From: Takakia lepidozioides
Taxonomy: Eukaryota; Plantae; Bryophyta
Reading direction: 5' to 3'
Length of the DNA: 64,000 bases
Assembly: GCA_030704615.1 (NCBI GenBank)
Contig: CM060733.1
Coordinates: 3,472,001-3,536,000 of the forward strand
In this document: positions 51,036 to 63,330 of the stretch, in pieces
Position numbering within the stretch: position 1 is the first letter of the stretch
How the letters are laid out: every line of letters starts with the position of its first letter
Made by a program: the position numbers and the translations under genes
Notes under the pieces: model-generated
The model's database searches: none
Seen by the model: only the letters and a program-made list of their open reading frames with translations
Told to the model about the DNA's origin: nothing

Positions 51036-51559
51036 CCTTGAAAAAGAGTAGCGGAGTACGCTCAATGACAGCAGCTCCCGGATGGAGGAGGAGCAGCGCG
51101 GTGGCTGGAAAAAGTTCAAGCTAACGCTGCAATTCCTCACAAAACACTCCAGGGCACATTTAAATTTCCCCCCTACAGGATCCTGGACCGATGAAGATTG
51201 GCTGCTTCATGAATGTAGCCGTTTCAGTTTCCTACCCTGCCATGCAAACTATGGGCACTCACTGCCAGGTGGGCCGATAGCCACTGGACACGACGAAGTC
51301 CATCCCTCTTCGATGTAAATGCGGCGCCGAATTTCCATCCGGGGGATGGACTTTGTGGCAGATCTCAAACATAACTGTTGATGAGAAAGATGTATGGGTT
51401 CATCCACCGCCGCGTGATGAACACGTTCCACCTCCGTCGGTGGGTACGTGGGACCAGATGCTCCATTATTGGAGGCCGGACTGCTCTTCCGCTTCGCATC
51501 ATTTCCAAAATCTAAGGGCTTCGTAGCTGTCCGCAAGGTCATTGTCATCTGCATCCAAG

Positions 51560-52130
51560 TCGTCCTCAGGTCCTCCTTTGCAAGGATCCGTGCTTCCGGA
51601 ACCGGGACGACTGCCCATTTGGAGGCATCGATTATGCAATGTATTCGGCCACATCGGGAGACATTGTTATCTGGTACAGATTACAGAGAAGATACTGGTT
51701 CGATTATGGAAACATTGGTGGCTTTGAGTATATCCTAGGCCACTACGCCTTGGAGCGGGGTGACGATCTTGGTCTGAGGAGTCCGTGGCTCCTGCGCATC
51801 CTCGATTCCGATTTTCCCAGCTACGACGGTCACCCATGCAGAAGAAGGCGCACTGCTATGCTGTTGCGGTGGAACTGCTGCCACTGGACGTGGGTGGACT
51901 CCATCGGAGAGACCTATTCTCCTCAAGGAGTGCGCTCCTCTTCTCCATTGTATGGGGACATTCGCATTGGTGTGGACGACGAAAACGTGAAGATTTCCAT
52001 ATTCGATGGTGGTATGATTGAAGGGCAGGACATTGTGGTGAAATCACTAGGGGCGGTACAACGGCTGCAATCGACTTTACATGGAGGAGCCCCATGACTC
52101 ATGAGCTAGTTTCTGAGAGCAGTCGAAGTC
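51560..52130 (+). CDS. M2 small accessory protein, paralog 2 (unknown function)
   Basis: Shares C.RN..DCP..G.DYAM, SGDI..W, EY..G.Y..ERG, RWNCC.WT..D..GET, YGDIR and DGG.I.G.DIVV with paralog 1. Confidence 0.65.
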
Positions 52131-52587
52131 CCATTGACAACGTGACTTGTATTCAGTAGGCACAGGGCTAAGATTTGATTGCACAATCAGCACAGTAGAC
52201 GTGCTTCAAATGCAATTCATGTGGATCAATAAAAACCTCATTGTGCCCTCTTTTTATTCTATTCTGTGTCCATCGTTCCGAATGCGTCATTGCTCATTCG
52301 TTTGGGATTGGGAGTGTGGGTGGATTTTGCAAGTGGCTGGTAGGCTGAAATGGGCCCCCATTGTACAGAGCAGTACCACCCTACCATTCGCGAAACATTG
52401 CCTTTCAATATATAATTCTAAATAACATTGCCGAACCTCCTTCATCGGAGGTCCTTCTCCCCCTATGACCGTGGCACCCTAAACCCTATTCCCGCGGACA
52501 CTCATTTCCGGAAAATAGTGCTGCTCATGTTTTTTTCCACACTTACGACTCTGCTCATGGCTCATGGCTCATGAAATAGCAGCCCCC

Positions 52588-54750
52588 CCACAAGATGCAA
52601 ACGGCCAGGCTTGTAAACAACTTCGAACTCAAACTCATGCAAGATTATTAACCACCACGCTATCCTTCCACTTATCAAAGGTTTGTTCACCAGATATATC
52701 AGAGCCTGGTGATCCACATAAAACATAAACTTTCTTCCCAATAGGTAATGCCTGAATTTCTTGACTGCATAATCATTGCCAGTGCTTCTCTTTCAGTTGT
52801 GCTATAGTTCCTTCAGCACTGTTCATCAACCTGCTAGCATAGTACACAGGTGAATCTATATTTCCTGTAACATTCTGGGCTAACACCGCTCCCAACGCTT
52901 CTCCTGAGGCATCACAGTGAACATGAAATATTACATGCCAGTGAGGGTTAATCAGCACAGGTGTAGTTGTTACTGACAATGTAAGTTCCTCAAAAGCCTG
53001 TTGACATTCAGCTGTCCATGCAAACACTGCATCTTTCTTCAGAAGTTGCTCAATGGTGCTGCTATTTGTGCATACATTTTTGACAAATCTTCTATATAAC
53101 TGGTTTGCCCAAGGAATCTCCTTAGACTCTTAACATTTGTTGGTGGTGGAGAGGCTTTAATGGCCTCTGTCTTCCTGGGATCCACAAGAAGTCCCCTCTT
53201 ACACACAATGTGTCCCAGAAGCACGCCTGAGTTCACACAGAAAGTACATTTCTCTGGATTCAGGCCCAGACCTCTCATCCTGCATTTGGCCTGACATAAC
53301 TCCAATTTATGCAAGTGCTCATTTTTAGAGCTGTACACACTGAAATCATCCAAGAACACCTGCATGAAATCATCCAGATACTCATGAAAAGATTCACTTA
53401 TCACTCTCTGAAAGGTTGCTGGTGCATTACAAAGTCCAAAGGGCATGACTTTGTATGCATAAGCACCCCAGTCTGTGATGAAAGCTGTCTTTCCTTGGTC
53501 TTCTTCTGCCACTTGCACTTGATTATAACCACTGAATTCATCCATGAATGAGTACATCTCATGGCCTGCCACAGTGTCCAATACTGCTTCTGTGAATGGC
53601 AAAGGGAAAGGATCTTTTTTCGGACAAGCATTCAGCTTCTTGTAGTTCACACAAACTCTGAGTTTACCATTCTTCTTGGGAACTATTACAATGGGTGACA
53701 ACCAAGTTGTATACTCTATTGGGTATATAAACTTAGCCTCAGCCAACTTCTTGATCTCTTCTCCAACTTTCTGTGCGTAGTTGGGATTCATTCTGTACCT
53801 TGCCTGCTTGATTGGTACTGACCCTGGTTCCAGTTCAATCTTATGATGACAGATTTCAGGTGGTATCCCTTTTAGATCCTCATAGCTCCAAGCAAATACA
53901 TCTCTGTATTTGATGAACAAACTCTTAGCTTCTTCAAAGAATTCTGGCTCCAAATCAGCTCCTACCTTCACCATCCTCGGTTCCTCTTTGGTTCCCACAT
54001 TCACTTCCCTCACTGCTCATCAGCTGTGATTGTCCAACCAGTCACCACTTCATCCTGTAAGCTCACAGTGGCTGGTTCCTCTAGGATTTCCATTTCTCCT
54101 TCGCTTTCTTCATAGAAATGTGATGGGTAACTGCTGGTTTCCTCTTCAATTGGTGTTGCTGACACTACACCACACAGATACCTCTTAAACAACTTAGGCT
54201 TCCAGCCGCATCTCTGCAACCTGCTCCCACTCTGGGTGTGCAGCAAACAGGGTAGCTTCCTGCTCCTCATCCAGTCCTCCTCTCCAGTCATACTCTCTGA
54301 ACCCCTCGAGGTCTTCTCGTAGCAGGTAATCTACTAGATTTCTTTGTGGTAATTTGTATCTCGTGTATCCCATTATGCACAGTTAGTAACTGAGAATTCC
54401 AGTCATGGAATACCCTGCCTGTTTCAGCCACGGACGTCCCAATAATAAGGAGTAAGCCTCCATGACTTCATCCATCTTCAACACAGTTACTGTGATCATA
54501 AAGATCATCTTCTGTATCTGTATCTTAACTCCTCTTATTAATCCCAATGGCTGTACACTTCTTTGATCTGCCATTGTTACTGTAAATGGGGCTGGTTTCA
54601 TGTTACTTAGACAAGCTTCTTTCTTAATTGGTCTGTCATGATATTTACTCCCCCTCCATCTATCAGTACATCAGTTAGTTCTGTGCTTCCAATTCTCAAT
54701 TGGATTACTGGCATAGAATCATCAAAGTCCATGACTGTTTCTCGCCCTTC
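52588..54750 (-). pseudogene. pol: B1 protease, RT and RNase H
   Basis: VLIDGG...LLLGRPWL; LRVCVNYKKLN, MPFGLCNAPATFQR and FLDDF; HCDASGEALGAVL. Confidence 0.95.
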
Positions 54751-54782
54751 CGGCTTCACATTATAACTGGTCACCTTGCTGT

Positions 54783-57160
54783 TCAGGTCTGTGTTTCCTG
54801 TCTCTTGGGCAATTCGATTGATTGCTTGATACAGCCTGTGTCTACAAAAGGTGCCACAGCCAATAGCTGTCCAATGGTAATCTCTGCTTTGGTCTGGCAT
54901 ATTACTTCAGCCAAAGTCCCTTCATTACTTTGCATGTCTGCATCTTCTTTCTTCCTTTCATCCTCACTCACTTCTTCTTCTCCATCAGAATCAGAGGAAT
55001 CTGCCACAGGAATATAAGTACTCTTCTGCATTCCCTTATGGTATCTGCCACTTCCTTGTGCAGTTCCTTCTCATCTCTCCAAGCCTCATCATCTTCAGGC
55101 ATATCACTGCCACCTTCATTATCATCATCTTCCTCAACTACTGGAGGTATTAGTTTTGGCTTTGCTTCTGTTACTATCATTGTACTTACTTCTGTACAAC
55201 ACATGGCCTAACCATGTGAGCTGCCACCACTGGGCCCTCATTCACAGGAGCTCTCATCTCATTCTGGTGTCTAATCCAGAATGAACAGGCTGCCTTGCGA
55301 TGTCCTGGCTGATACAATAGAAACATAGTTCTTCACCATTGGGTCTCGCCCTTGGTCTCCTCTTGGATTATTTCTGTAATCCTGATTCCCGGGCTGGTAA
55401 TTCCCCCTTGGATTACCCTGATAGTTGCCTCTGGAATTTCCTTGGTAATTCCCTCTTGAATTACCTCTCCTTTCCATGCCATTGTTATAACCGCCAGGCT
55501 TACCATAGTGGTCCTGATCACTGTTTCTTCTTGGCTGGGGCTGCACTTGATGCACCCTTACTTGCCTAGGTTCTCTAGCTGTTGTCCTTCTGTTGTAGTA
55601 ACAATTCTCAGTAGAATGGTTATCCATTTTACAGATAGTACAGTGTTTCTCCTTCATGTGGCATTCAGTGGTGGTATGGCCTTCATTCTGGCACTTTGCA
55701 CACCAAACACCCTTCCTCCAATGTGTTACAGCCTCTGTGGCATACTTCATCAAGATTTCTTCTAATCTTTTTTCATAGTTATCCCTCTTCAACTTCTCCT
55801 TTCTCTTACTCTTCCTTTTCAGTTCTTGCTCTTCTTCTTCATCTGACTCATCCTCAGAGTCCTGATCATCCCTTTTCTCTCTCCTGAGCATTCCCAATTG
55901 CTCAATTCTGTTTGCAGTTTCAAATGCCTCCTCCACTCTATTATGGGGTAACATATCCACTTTCTTCTGCAACTCTGGTCTTAGTCCACTCACAAACCAA
56001 GTCTTCTGTAAACCTGGTGCTGGTACAGCAGCCAGCTTTTTCATCATCAATTCCATCTTTTCCATATACTCCTCAACAGTTTCATGCTTCTTTTGCTTTA
56101 ACTGTTGTAAACTTCCATACACTTTATCCTCAGTTTTACTTGTCCTGAACCTATTTCGGAATGCTGTATTCAAGCCATTCCAGGTTAGGAAATGATTATC
56201 AGGGAATCTTGCATACCATTCACTTGCTTTCTTGATAAGTGAACAAGGAAACAATCTCATCTTGGCATCATTGCCATTCTCATTGTTCACTATACACATG
56301 TGCTCAAATTGGCTAATGTGTACATCGGGATCCCCTTTTCCTGAATATATTGGAAAAGGTGGTTTTGCCCGTGTTGGTTGTTAACGCCATCTGTGGCCCT
56401 ACCTTCTGCCCACTGACAGGTGCTGGCACCCTTGCTGGTACTGGTCCTTCACGACCTGTTGTTGTTGTGGTGGATCTTCCACCAAGTGGTGGCCCTTGAG
56501 CACCCCCTGCTACTGGCCCCACGATATTCACAGTATTCCCAGCTCCAGTTGCACTACTTCCCACACTCCCTGTCCCCCCAGAGCCAGATCCAGGCAGCCC
56601 GCCTGATCCCCCTGAGCCGACACCTTCGTTGGCCTGTGATCCAAGTGCTCCACTTGATCTAGGTCCAACGGGTTGGGATGTCCTGGTTGTAGTCTCAACC
56701 TCAGCTGTTGGGTCTACTTCTTCATACTCTTCCTCTTCCAATTTCTTCTCTCTATTTTCATCCTCCAAGTTCTGCCCTTGGGTTTCTTCTTCACTCATGT
56801 AACTCAACTGCAATGGTGTTGGAGAGTCTGAACTCTCCGTTGGTTCTGCCACATCCTCTCCTCCTTCTTCACCTTCCGCTTCAAAACTGGAGTTCCTGCT
56901 TTTGGTGTTCCATGCCAACTCTTATCAAAGATTTCTGTCAAATCTTTTATCCAAGGATGTACCTCAGATCTTTCACCTCAAGATTGATCTTCTTCCCGTA
57001 CCAATTCCCTTAATCTTTCTTGCAAAGAAAAAGAAGGAGTGGCATCCAACTCTAGTTCTTCCGGTATTGGTGATGTACTCTCTGATCTTAATGGTGTGAG
57101 AGGTCCAGATGATTCCCCTATGTCTATTCCTCTCTCCCAAAGATATGGATAATTAGCTTT
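54783..57160 (-). pseudogene. gag: B1 gag with long acidic and Gly-rich N-terminus and two CCHC knuckles
   Basis: RLFPCSL...A.EWY...TWNGL..AF..RF, CAKCQNEGHTTTEC and CTICKMDNHSTENC. Confidence 0.9.
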
Positions 57161-57242
57161 CAAATAGCTTTATCTTTTTGCTGAATATCTCTGGGCGTCT
57201 AGCTTCTCTTTCATCACTCATGTCCCATGTCTTTCATTTCTT

Positions 57243-57800
57243 TTAATGTGGCAATAACCAAAACTCTCTTCTGTAATATCTCTCGTATATGCCTGGGTTT
57301 CTTTCAAGCTTCAATGCACCCTTGGCTATACTAGAAGTCTCCGTTACCATATAACCATATGGCAAACAAGTCTGGAAAGCTGTTCCTGGTGTGAGTTTGA
57401 TCCACAAAATATCCTTTGGAATCCAATTCTTTACCAGTACAAGCTCTTCATGCATATGAGTAAAAACATTCACCTTTCTTTCCTCCCAGCCTTCAAACTC
57501 TACTCGCCTAATGGATAGCAATGCTATCACATAAACCAGTGTTGGTAACCAACGTGCTCTTCCTCTACAGGCCACCTGATAAATCTTTATCACTCCTTTC
57601 TCCAGACCCCATTCAGGGTCAGCATCATGCACTCTCTTAAGAATGTTTTCTTTACAACCGTCTGGCAATTCCAAGAACCTCTGAAAGAATCGTTTGGACA
57701 ATCTTTCCTTCTCAGTTTCACAAGGAATTTGATTCACATCAAATTCTTTAATTCTCCAACCACCATGATCCCACCAGATGCCTATCACATCTGGTTGTTC
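57243..57800 (-). CDS. B-family extra ORF upstream of gag (unknown function)
   Basis: Open for about 190 codons in both B1 and the independent B fragment (14841-15420), with high amino-acid identity. No obvious ATG after the PBS. Confidence 0.5.
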   Translation of the reverse strand, partial: EQPDVIGIWWDHGGWRIKEFDVNQIPCETEKERLSKRFFQRFLELPDGCKENILKRVHDADPEWGLEKGVIKIYQVACRGRARWLPTLVYVIALLSIRRVEFEGWEERKVNVFTHMHEELVLVKNWIPKDILWIKLTPGTAFQTCLPYGYMVTETSSIAKGALKLERNPGIYERYYRREFWLLPH

Positions 57801-58741
57801 ATGACCCAGTTCCACAGTATGGTCGCCAAATGTCGCGCGGCTTTTACTCACCCATCCCTTCGCTATCCGAGGCGAAAACTCCAAGATAGAAGAGTTGGAA
57901 ATCTCTAAGCACAGCCCGCAGAACAATCAGTCATGACCTACAACTAGTGTATCATGGGGGTGTTTCCTATTTGTTTTCCTTCCGCATTCATGTTAGCTAG
58001 TTACCTTACTGTTGGTAATTAAGTATCAGTTTGCTTCAGCAATCTATCGGATTCCATCAACTCATCCATTCATTCCACAGCTTCACTCAGATCTCTCTAC
58101 ACAGTGTGAGTATGAAGTATGTATCACGTTAATATCTATCAAGTATCAGGCTGAAGCCATGGAGTCTCTAATCTGCTCTACATTACAACTCTACTGCTTG
58201 CATTCATCAAGCATCAATAGATCGTCCTCCTCCTACTCCGTGCTCTCCCTCTTTCTGCTCAAAGATGCGCTCTCTGCCTCATTTCCCCCCAGTGATGTTC
58301 GAAGTCCCCCCAAGAAGTGATCATTTCCAGTCCTTGCTCCTGGCTTTATCTTCCTACCCGTTGTTCTAACCGTTTCCCTCACTAACCGTCATCCGTGAAC
58401 TAACATGTTCCATTCGCAGATGTTGTTCCCCACAGTGGTTCCCTGTCCTGCTATCCATTCCCTAGGGTCGTGACAGCTGTGTCAAGCTGTGACTGGCTGT
58501 GCGACTGTGTTGGGCTGTGTCGGACTGTGACGGGCTGTGTTGGACTGTGACGAGCTGTGTTGGACTGTGACAAGTTGTGTCGGGCTGTGACGGGCTGTGT
58601 CGGACTGTGACGGGCTGTGTAACCCCCCCTAAAGTGCGCTGCTGTCACCCCTAAGGCTCCTGTTGGTCTCAGTCTGTGCAAAAATTAAGGGTACCCCACA
58701 GATCCCGTAAAAGTGTCTAAGTCCCAGACAGTCCTCTAACA

Positions 58742-61183
58742 CCCCCTTGCTTTGTTCCCCCCTCTTCTGCTCCCTCGACTTCTTTCAGGTCTGCTCCCCC
58801 CTCTGCTGCTCCCTCCTCTTCTGCTCCCCCCTCATCTCTAGATCTCCAGTTTGATATTGTTGAACTATTGCTGGAGGAGCAGGACGTTCGACGTCTGCTT
58901 CCTGAATTCCCTCTCCTAAGAACTGCCGAGGAATTTGATGCCATTGTCACCTGGCTGAAACGTCAATGTCCAACCCAACTGCCTCCGGTCCCTGTTCCCC
59001 TCCAAGTTTTTTCTACCATGGACCCTCGACCCCCTGTTTCACACTTGTATCCTTTGGCCGATTTAAGACACAACATCTGCCCCAGTCATATCATGATGCT
59101 TTTTGCACCGCAAACTGCTCACAAACTGCCCTACCATGGATTTGGACTCTTCTTGCATGGAGGTTGGCTTGGGGAATTTTCAGAATCAGGAGAGTATGTT
59201 GAAAGAAGTGCTCCTGGCAGAGGGTCAGCTTAGATATGGTACAATGCGGAACAAAATGCAGATCGTCAACTCCTGCCGAGCATTTCTTCGCATGGTGCGT
59301 GCCCGAGCGTTTCCTGAATTTGCAGCAACGGAAACGGCCCACTTCCAAGTTTTTGTGTGCAAGGGCAACAATGCCAAAGGGATACGACATGCAGCCAGGG
59401 CCTAGGAGGATCTATTGTTTAGGCGGGAGCACATTGATTTGGGACGCTATGTGCATCTTTTGAGTAAGTGCATGCTTTTCCTCTCCAACAGTCTGTCACT
59501 GTGAAGATCAGAATTGGAATGGGGCAGACTTTACAGTCGGGGATTGGGGGATCACGGGATCACGGGGGTCAAAGCTAAGACACAAGCGCTTGTCTCTGTG
59601 ATAGGTGAGGCTGAGGCAGCTGATGTTGGAGTTCAAAATGCCATGGAGGAGGTCTTACGAGAAAACAAGGTGTTGCTGGCGAGAAGACATGAACTATACG
59701 ACCGACGAGTGTCACCATATGCCCCTCACCTTTCCCACATCGACGTGGATGCCTTCAATTCATCGCAGTTGTCCCACCATGCATCGCAAATGTCGTCGCC
59801 AACACCCTCACAGGTTGAAGACCTTCAAGCGCCTAATACAAAGACTTTTCAATTGGAATCTCCGACGGCAGGTTTCTACACACCCATTGCGGAAGTTGAT
59901 GTCAATCCCATCCCCTCTCATACTGTTCTACCTCACAGTCTTCTCTTAGACTCCCCAAGGGAATACTCCGCTGCCCTCGCTGTCTCTACTGCCCCCGCCT
60001 CTTCTCCCCTTCATATCTCTGATCGCTCCCAAGGAGCGGCCCTCCTCTCTGCTACCCTCTCTATCTCTGCTGCCCCATCATGTGATGTCCCCGTCGCTGC
60101 TCCCCTTCAAATCTGTGATCCCCACCAGGTGCTACCCTCCTCCCCCCCCCCCCCCTCTGTGTCTGCCGCCCTCTCTGCGACTCCTCCCCAACCATGTGAT
60201 CCCCCCGCCTCTGCACTTCTTCTGCTCCCCCAGAAGTGGCTACCCTCGTCCCACCGCATGCTATCCCATTGGACTCATCTCCCTCCTCGCATGAGTTTTC
60301 TTTTTGTGCTCCCTCCTCATTTGGTATTGCTTTATTGTGTATCACTGCTCCCTCCCTTTCTGATCTCCCTTTAGCCCTGGCAGCCCCCACCTCTACTCCC
60401 GATTTTTTGTCTGCTCCCCCAGATCTGTCTTCTACGAAGCATGCATCCGTGTGTGACCCTGGTCCCCCCCTGTCTGCCCCTGACTTCCACTCTTCTTCCC
60501 CACATCTGTCTGCTCTCTTGCATGCTACTATGACTCCCTCTGGTCCCCCCCTCAGTGCTCCATCACCTGAGGTGTCATCCCCCAACATTGTTCCCGATGT
60601 CATGCCTGCTCCCCTCCATGTATATGCTCTGTCGCGGGCTGCTGTGTCTTTGTGTGGTCCTTCACTCTCTGCCCTTGTCAAATCACCTCTTTCAACTCAT
60701 CCCGAGTCTGTGTGTACTTCCCACGTGGAGAGGGAGGATGTGCCAAGTATGGTGGATCCAACTGCCAAGTCCAGCAGATTTGCAGCTGTTTCCAGTCCTC
60801 TTCCGACGACACAGGTTGAGGTTATTTCAACGTTGGTGACCCCTGAACGCCAGTCATTGGCAAGGAACACCGAATTGGCAACGGAGGGGTTTGTTCCGCC
60901 CATGTCATTTTTCCCGGGTGCACCCCCGTATCATCCACAGGCCATCTCGTTGTTATCCGCACTCGCAGATAGTCTGGTCTCCCCCACAGCAGAGCGCTTA
61001 CTCCAACCCCTTGGTACTGCTTCCATCGCTTCCACAGATCCTTGGAATATTGAATTGGGGCTCACCCCTGGCTCCACATTCACCACGGGTCTGACGGTGC
61101 CTGCGCCTATGGTTTCTGCTCCAACCCCCTTGCACGTGGGTTTGACCTCCGGCAAACCATCATCTGGCCCAGTAGCAAGTTGA
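58742..61183 (+). pseudogene. Continuation of the scaffold element C gene (Pro/Ser-rich), split by B1
   Basis: Pro/Ser-rich coding-like sequence on both sides of the CCCCC TSD; ORFs 58868-59233, 59103-59405, 59514-60374 and 60236-61183. Confidence 0.4.
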
Positions 61184-61289
61184 ATACGGCATAGGGTTGC
61201 TGCAAAAACTTCGGGACGCCAATTGAACCTACAGGGCATGGAGCAGGGGGATCAGAAAGAAACAAAGGATAAGGGGAAGGAGAAGGAAC

Positions 61290-61930
61290 ACACTTGCAGC
61301 TATCCCTGGAGGAGAGTAATCGTTGCTGGTGGGCTGTGATGGACACACTGATATGGACGTCTTTGGAGGGATCAACCAAGGACGACCTTCACATGATTTC
61401 CAAAGGTCTTGTAAATGATTGGGTAACTGAGAAGTGCCTAGGGAAGGATCCAGATAAGGTTTCAAAACATGGTTCATCCCTTATGCTCTGGGTACGTCCC
61501 TCAATCCTCCTATTTTGCAGCTTTGACCGACTTTGATTTGATTTGGAGAATGGAAAGCATTAATGGTGTCTGGCCTCAAACACATGTGCGCCGTTCTGCA
61601 GGGGCCATTGGAGTTTGATGGTTTTTGATAAGTCCAAGTTTGTTCATCTGAATTCCATGACATCATTCAGATCCCATAGCTGACTTGCCTTGAACGTGTC
61701 TCGCACTTTAGAGCATACCTACACAAAGCCAAACCGGACTCAGTACTTTGGAATGAAATAATGGCATGGGAGTGGCTGGAACCTGAGGTGCCACAACAAC
61801 CAAGCGGCTGGGAGTGTGGCTTTTTGTAATGACTTTCATACAGAAATACTTGGAGACCAAAATCACAAAAAAATGGGGGGCAACTTTTACAGCAGATTGG
61901 TTTACATGTGAGTACGCAGTATCAAAGCAG
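61290..61930 (+). pseudogene. Ulp1/SENP-like (C48) cysteine protease remnant
   Basis: GHWSLMVFDKSKFVHLNSM (from 61603) and EVPQQPSGWECGF (from 61785) carry the His and Gln/Cys catalytic motifs, in different frames. Confidence 0.72.
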
Positions 61931-62109
61931 GATTTTCTTTGTGGATGGATAGTGGATAATTGGCCCTGATGTAGACTTGCAGCGTAGACTGTTGCATGTG
62001 CATGCCTCGGATGCCGAGGATGTAGCTATTGTATCTCCATTCCCCACGAAAAAAAAATGAAGCTTGTCCTCCTCTTTGTAATCCCTTTGTGCCTTCTTTG
62101 GCGTCCACT

Positions 62110-63330
62110 GTGCTGTGGAGGGGATGAAGGGGTGAGGGGATCCTTGAGGGGGATCAGACAACCAGGGATGTGGTGGATGAGGGGGTAGGGGGATCAGGGA
62201 ACCGGGGGGGGGGGGGGGGGGGCCCACAAGGGATGACTTAGCGAGGGGAAGGGGATGAGGGAGATAAGGGAGCTGGGAAGGCGTTCAGGGGGGGATCAGG
62301 GGATCCCGGGATCAGGGGCTCAGGTTCAGGGCAGTCGGGGGATGAGGGGATGAAGAAGACAAGGGATTGTATAAGGGGTTAGCAGGGATCGGGGAAGCAG
62401 GGGAACGGGTGGGAGAGATCAGGGGATCAGGGAACCAGGGGAATGGTTGGGGAGATCAAGGGATTAGGGAACCAGGGGAACTGGCCGGGAGAAGAGGGGA
62501 TCAGGGAACCAGGGGGACGGGTGGGGAGATCAGGGGATGAGGGAACGAGGGGAGCGGGCGGGAGACCAGGGGATCAGGGAACCAGAGGAACAGGCCGGGA
62601 GATGAGGGATCATGGAGGGAATGTCGGGAGTTGGACGGGGGGATAAGGGATGAGGGGACCAGGGGTGAGGGGATGGGGGACGACAGGTTTTGAATCGGGG
62701 GATCGGGGGATCACTGGTGAAAAGTTGCGTGTGAAGGGGCAAGTTGTGAAAGGTCATTTCCGGTTTTATGGTGCACTGCCTTGCAAATGCAATGGTATCC
62801 TCCTTTTCAAATGGAGAACTTTGAACTAGTGGCTTCACGTTGGAAGCGAATGTATAATGGTTATGAGACAAAATGGCTTTCGAAACCACATAAACGGTGT
62901 CCGATATGTTATATATACTATGGGAATCCAAATGGTTCCCACCGAGGTCACCACAAATGTCTCTCATACCACTGTGAATCGCACAAAACTTCATGGGTCA
63001 CTGAACACAAGGCGCTGGCTTCAATAATTGCCCCGCCAAATGACAGCCGCACTGCCTTGTTGAGCGAACTCTTTGGGTGATACATGGGGGAGCAGTGCAC
63101 GGTGAAGGGGACCGGGCATATAAGTCCATTGCGAAGCCGCAGGGGATGGGGGGATGAGGGGGAGCAGTGAATGGGAAGGGGATCACGGGGAGCTGAGCAC
63201 AACCTCGGGAAGCAGGGGTGTGAGGGGGCCAGCTGTGATGAGAAGTGGGATGAGGGGGATCAGGGAACCTCTACCTTTTCAGGGGAGCAGAGGCCGAAGC
63301 ACTACACGAAGAGGGGGATGATGGGAGGAG
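62110..63330 (-). repeat. G-rich GGGGATC/GGGGATG repeat clusters, opposite orientation to the GATCCCC arrays
   Basis: Many GGGGATCAGGGAACC-type units at 62110-62710 and 63080-63330. Confidence 0.7.

Larger units (their letters stand above)
37578..52587. mobile_element. Mutator-like element M2, 15 kb, near full-length but frameshifted
   Basis: 7-bp TSD CCACAAG at 37571-37577 and 52588-52594. TIRs GGAGGTTTACTATTTCATGAGC and rc GGGGGCTGCTATTTCATGAGC, followed by CATGAGC heptamer repeats. Removal restores host YKPGRLHLVADHLSRL. Confidence 0.92.
30695..58741 (-). mobile_element. Non-chromovirus Ty3/Gypsy LTR retrotransposon B1 with extra ORFs, interrupted by M2
   Basis: LTRs at 57831-58741 (5') and 30695-31588 (3'), both TG...CA. 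TSD CCCCC. PPT at about 31591-31606. PBS TGGCGACCATACTG (tRNA-Arg-like). Confidence 0.95.
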
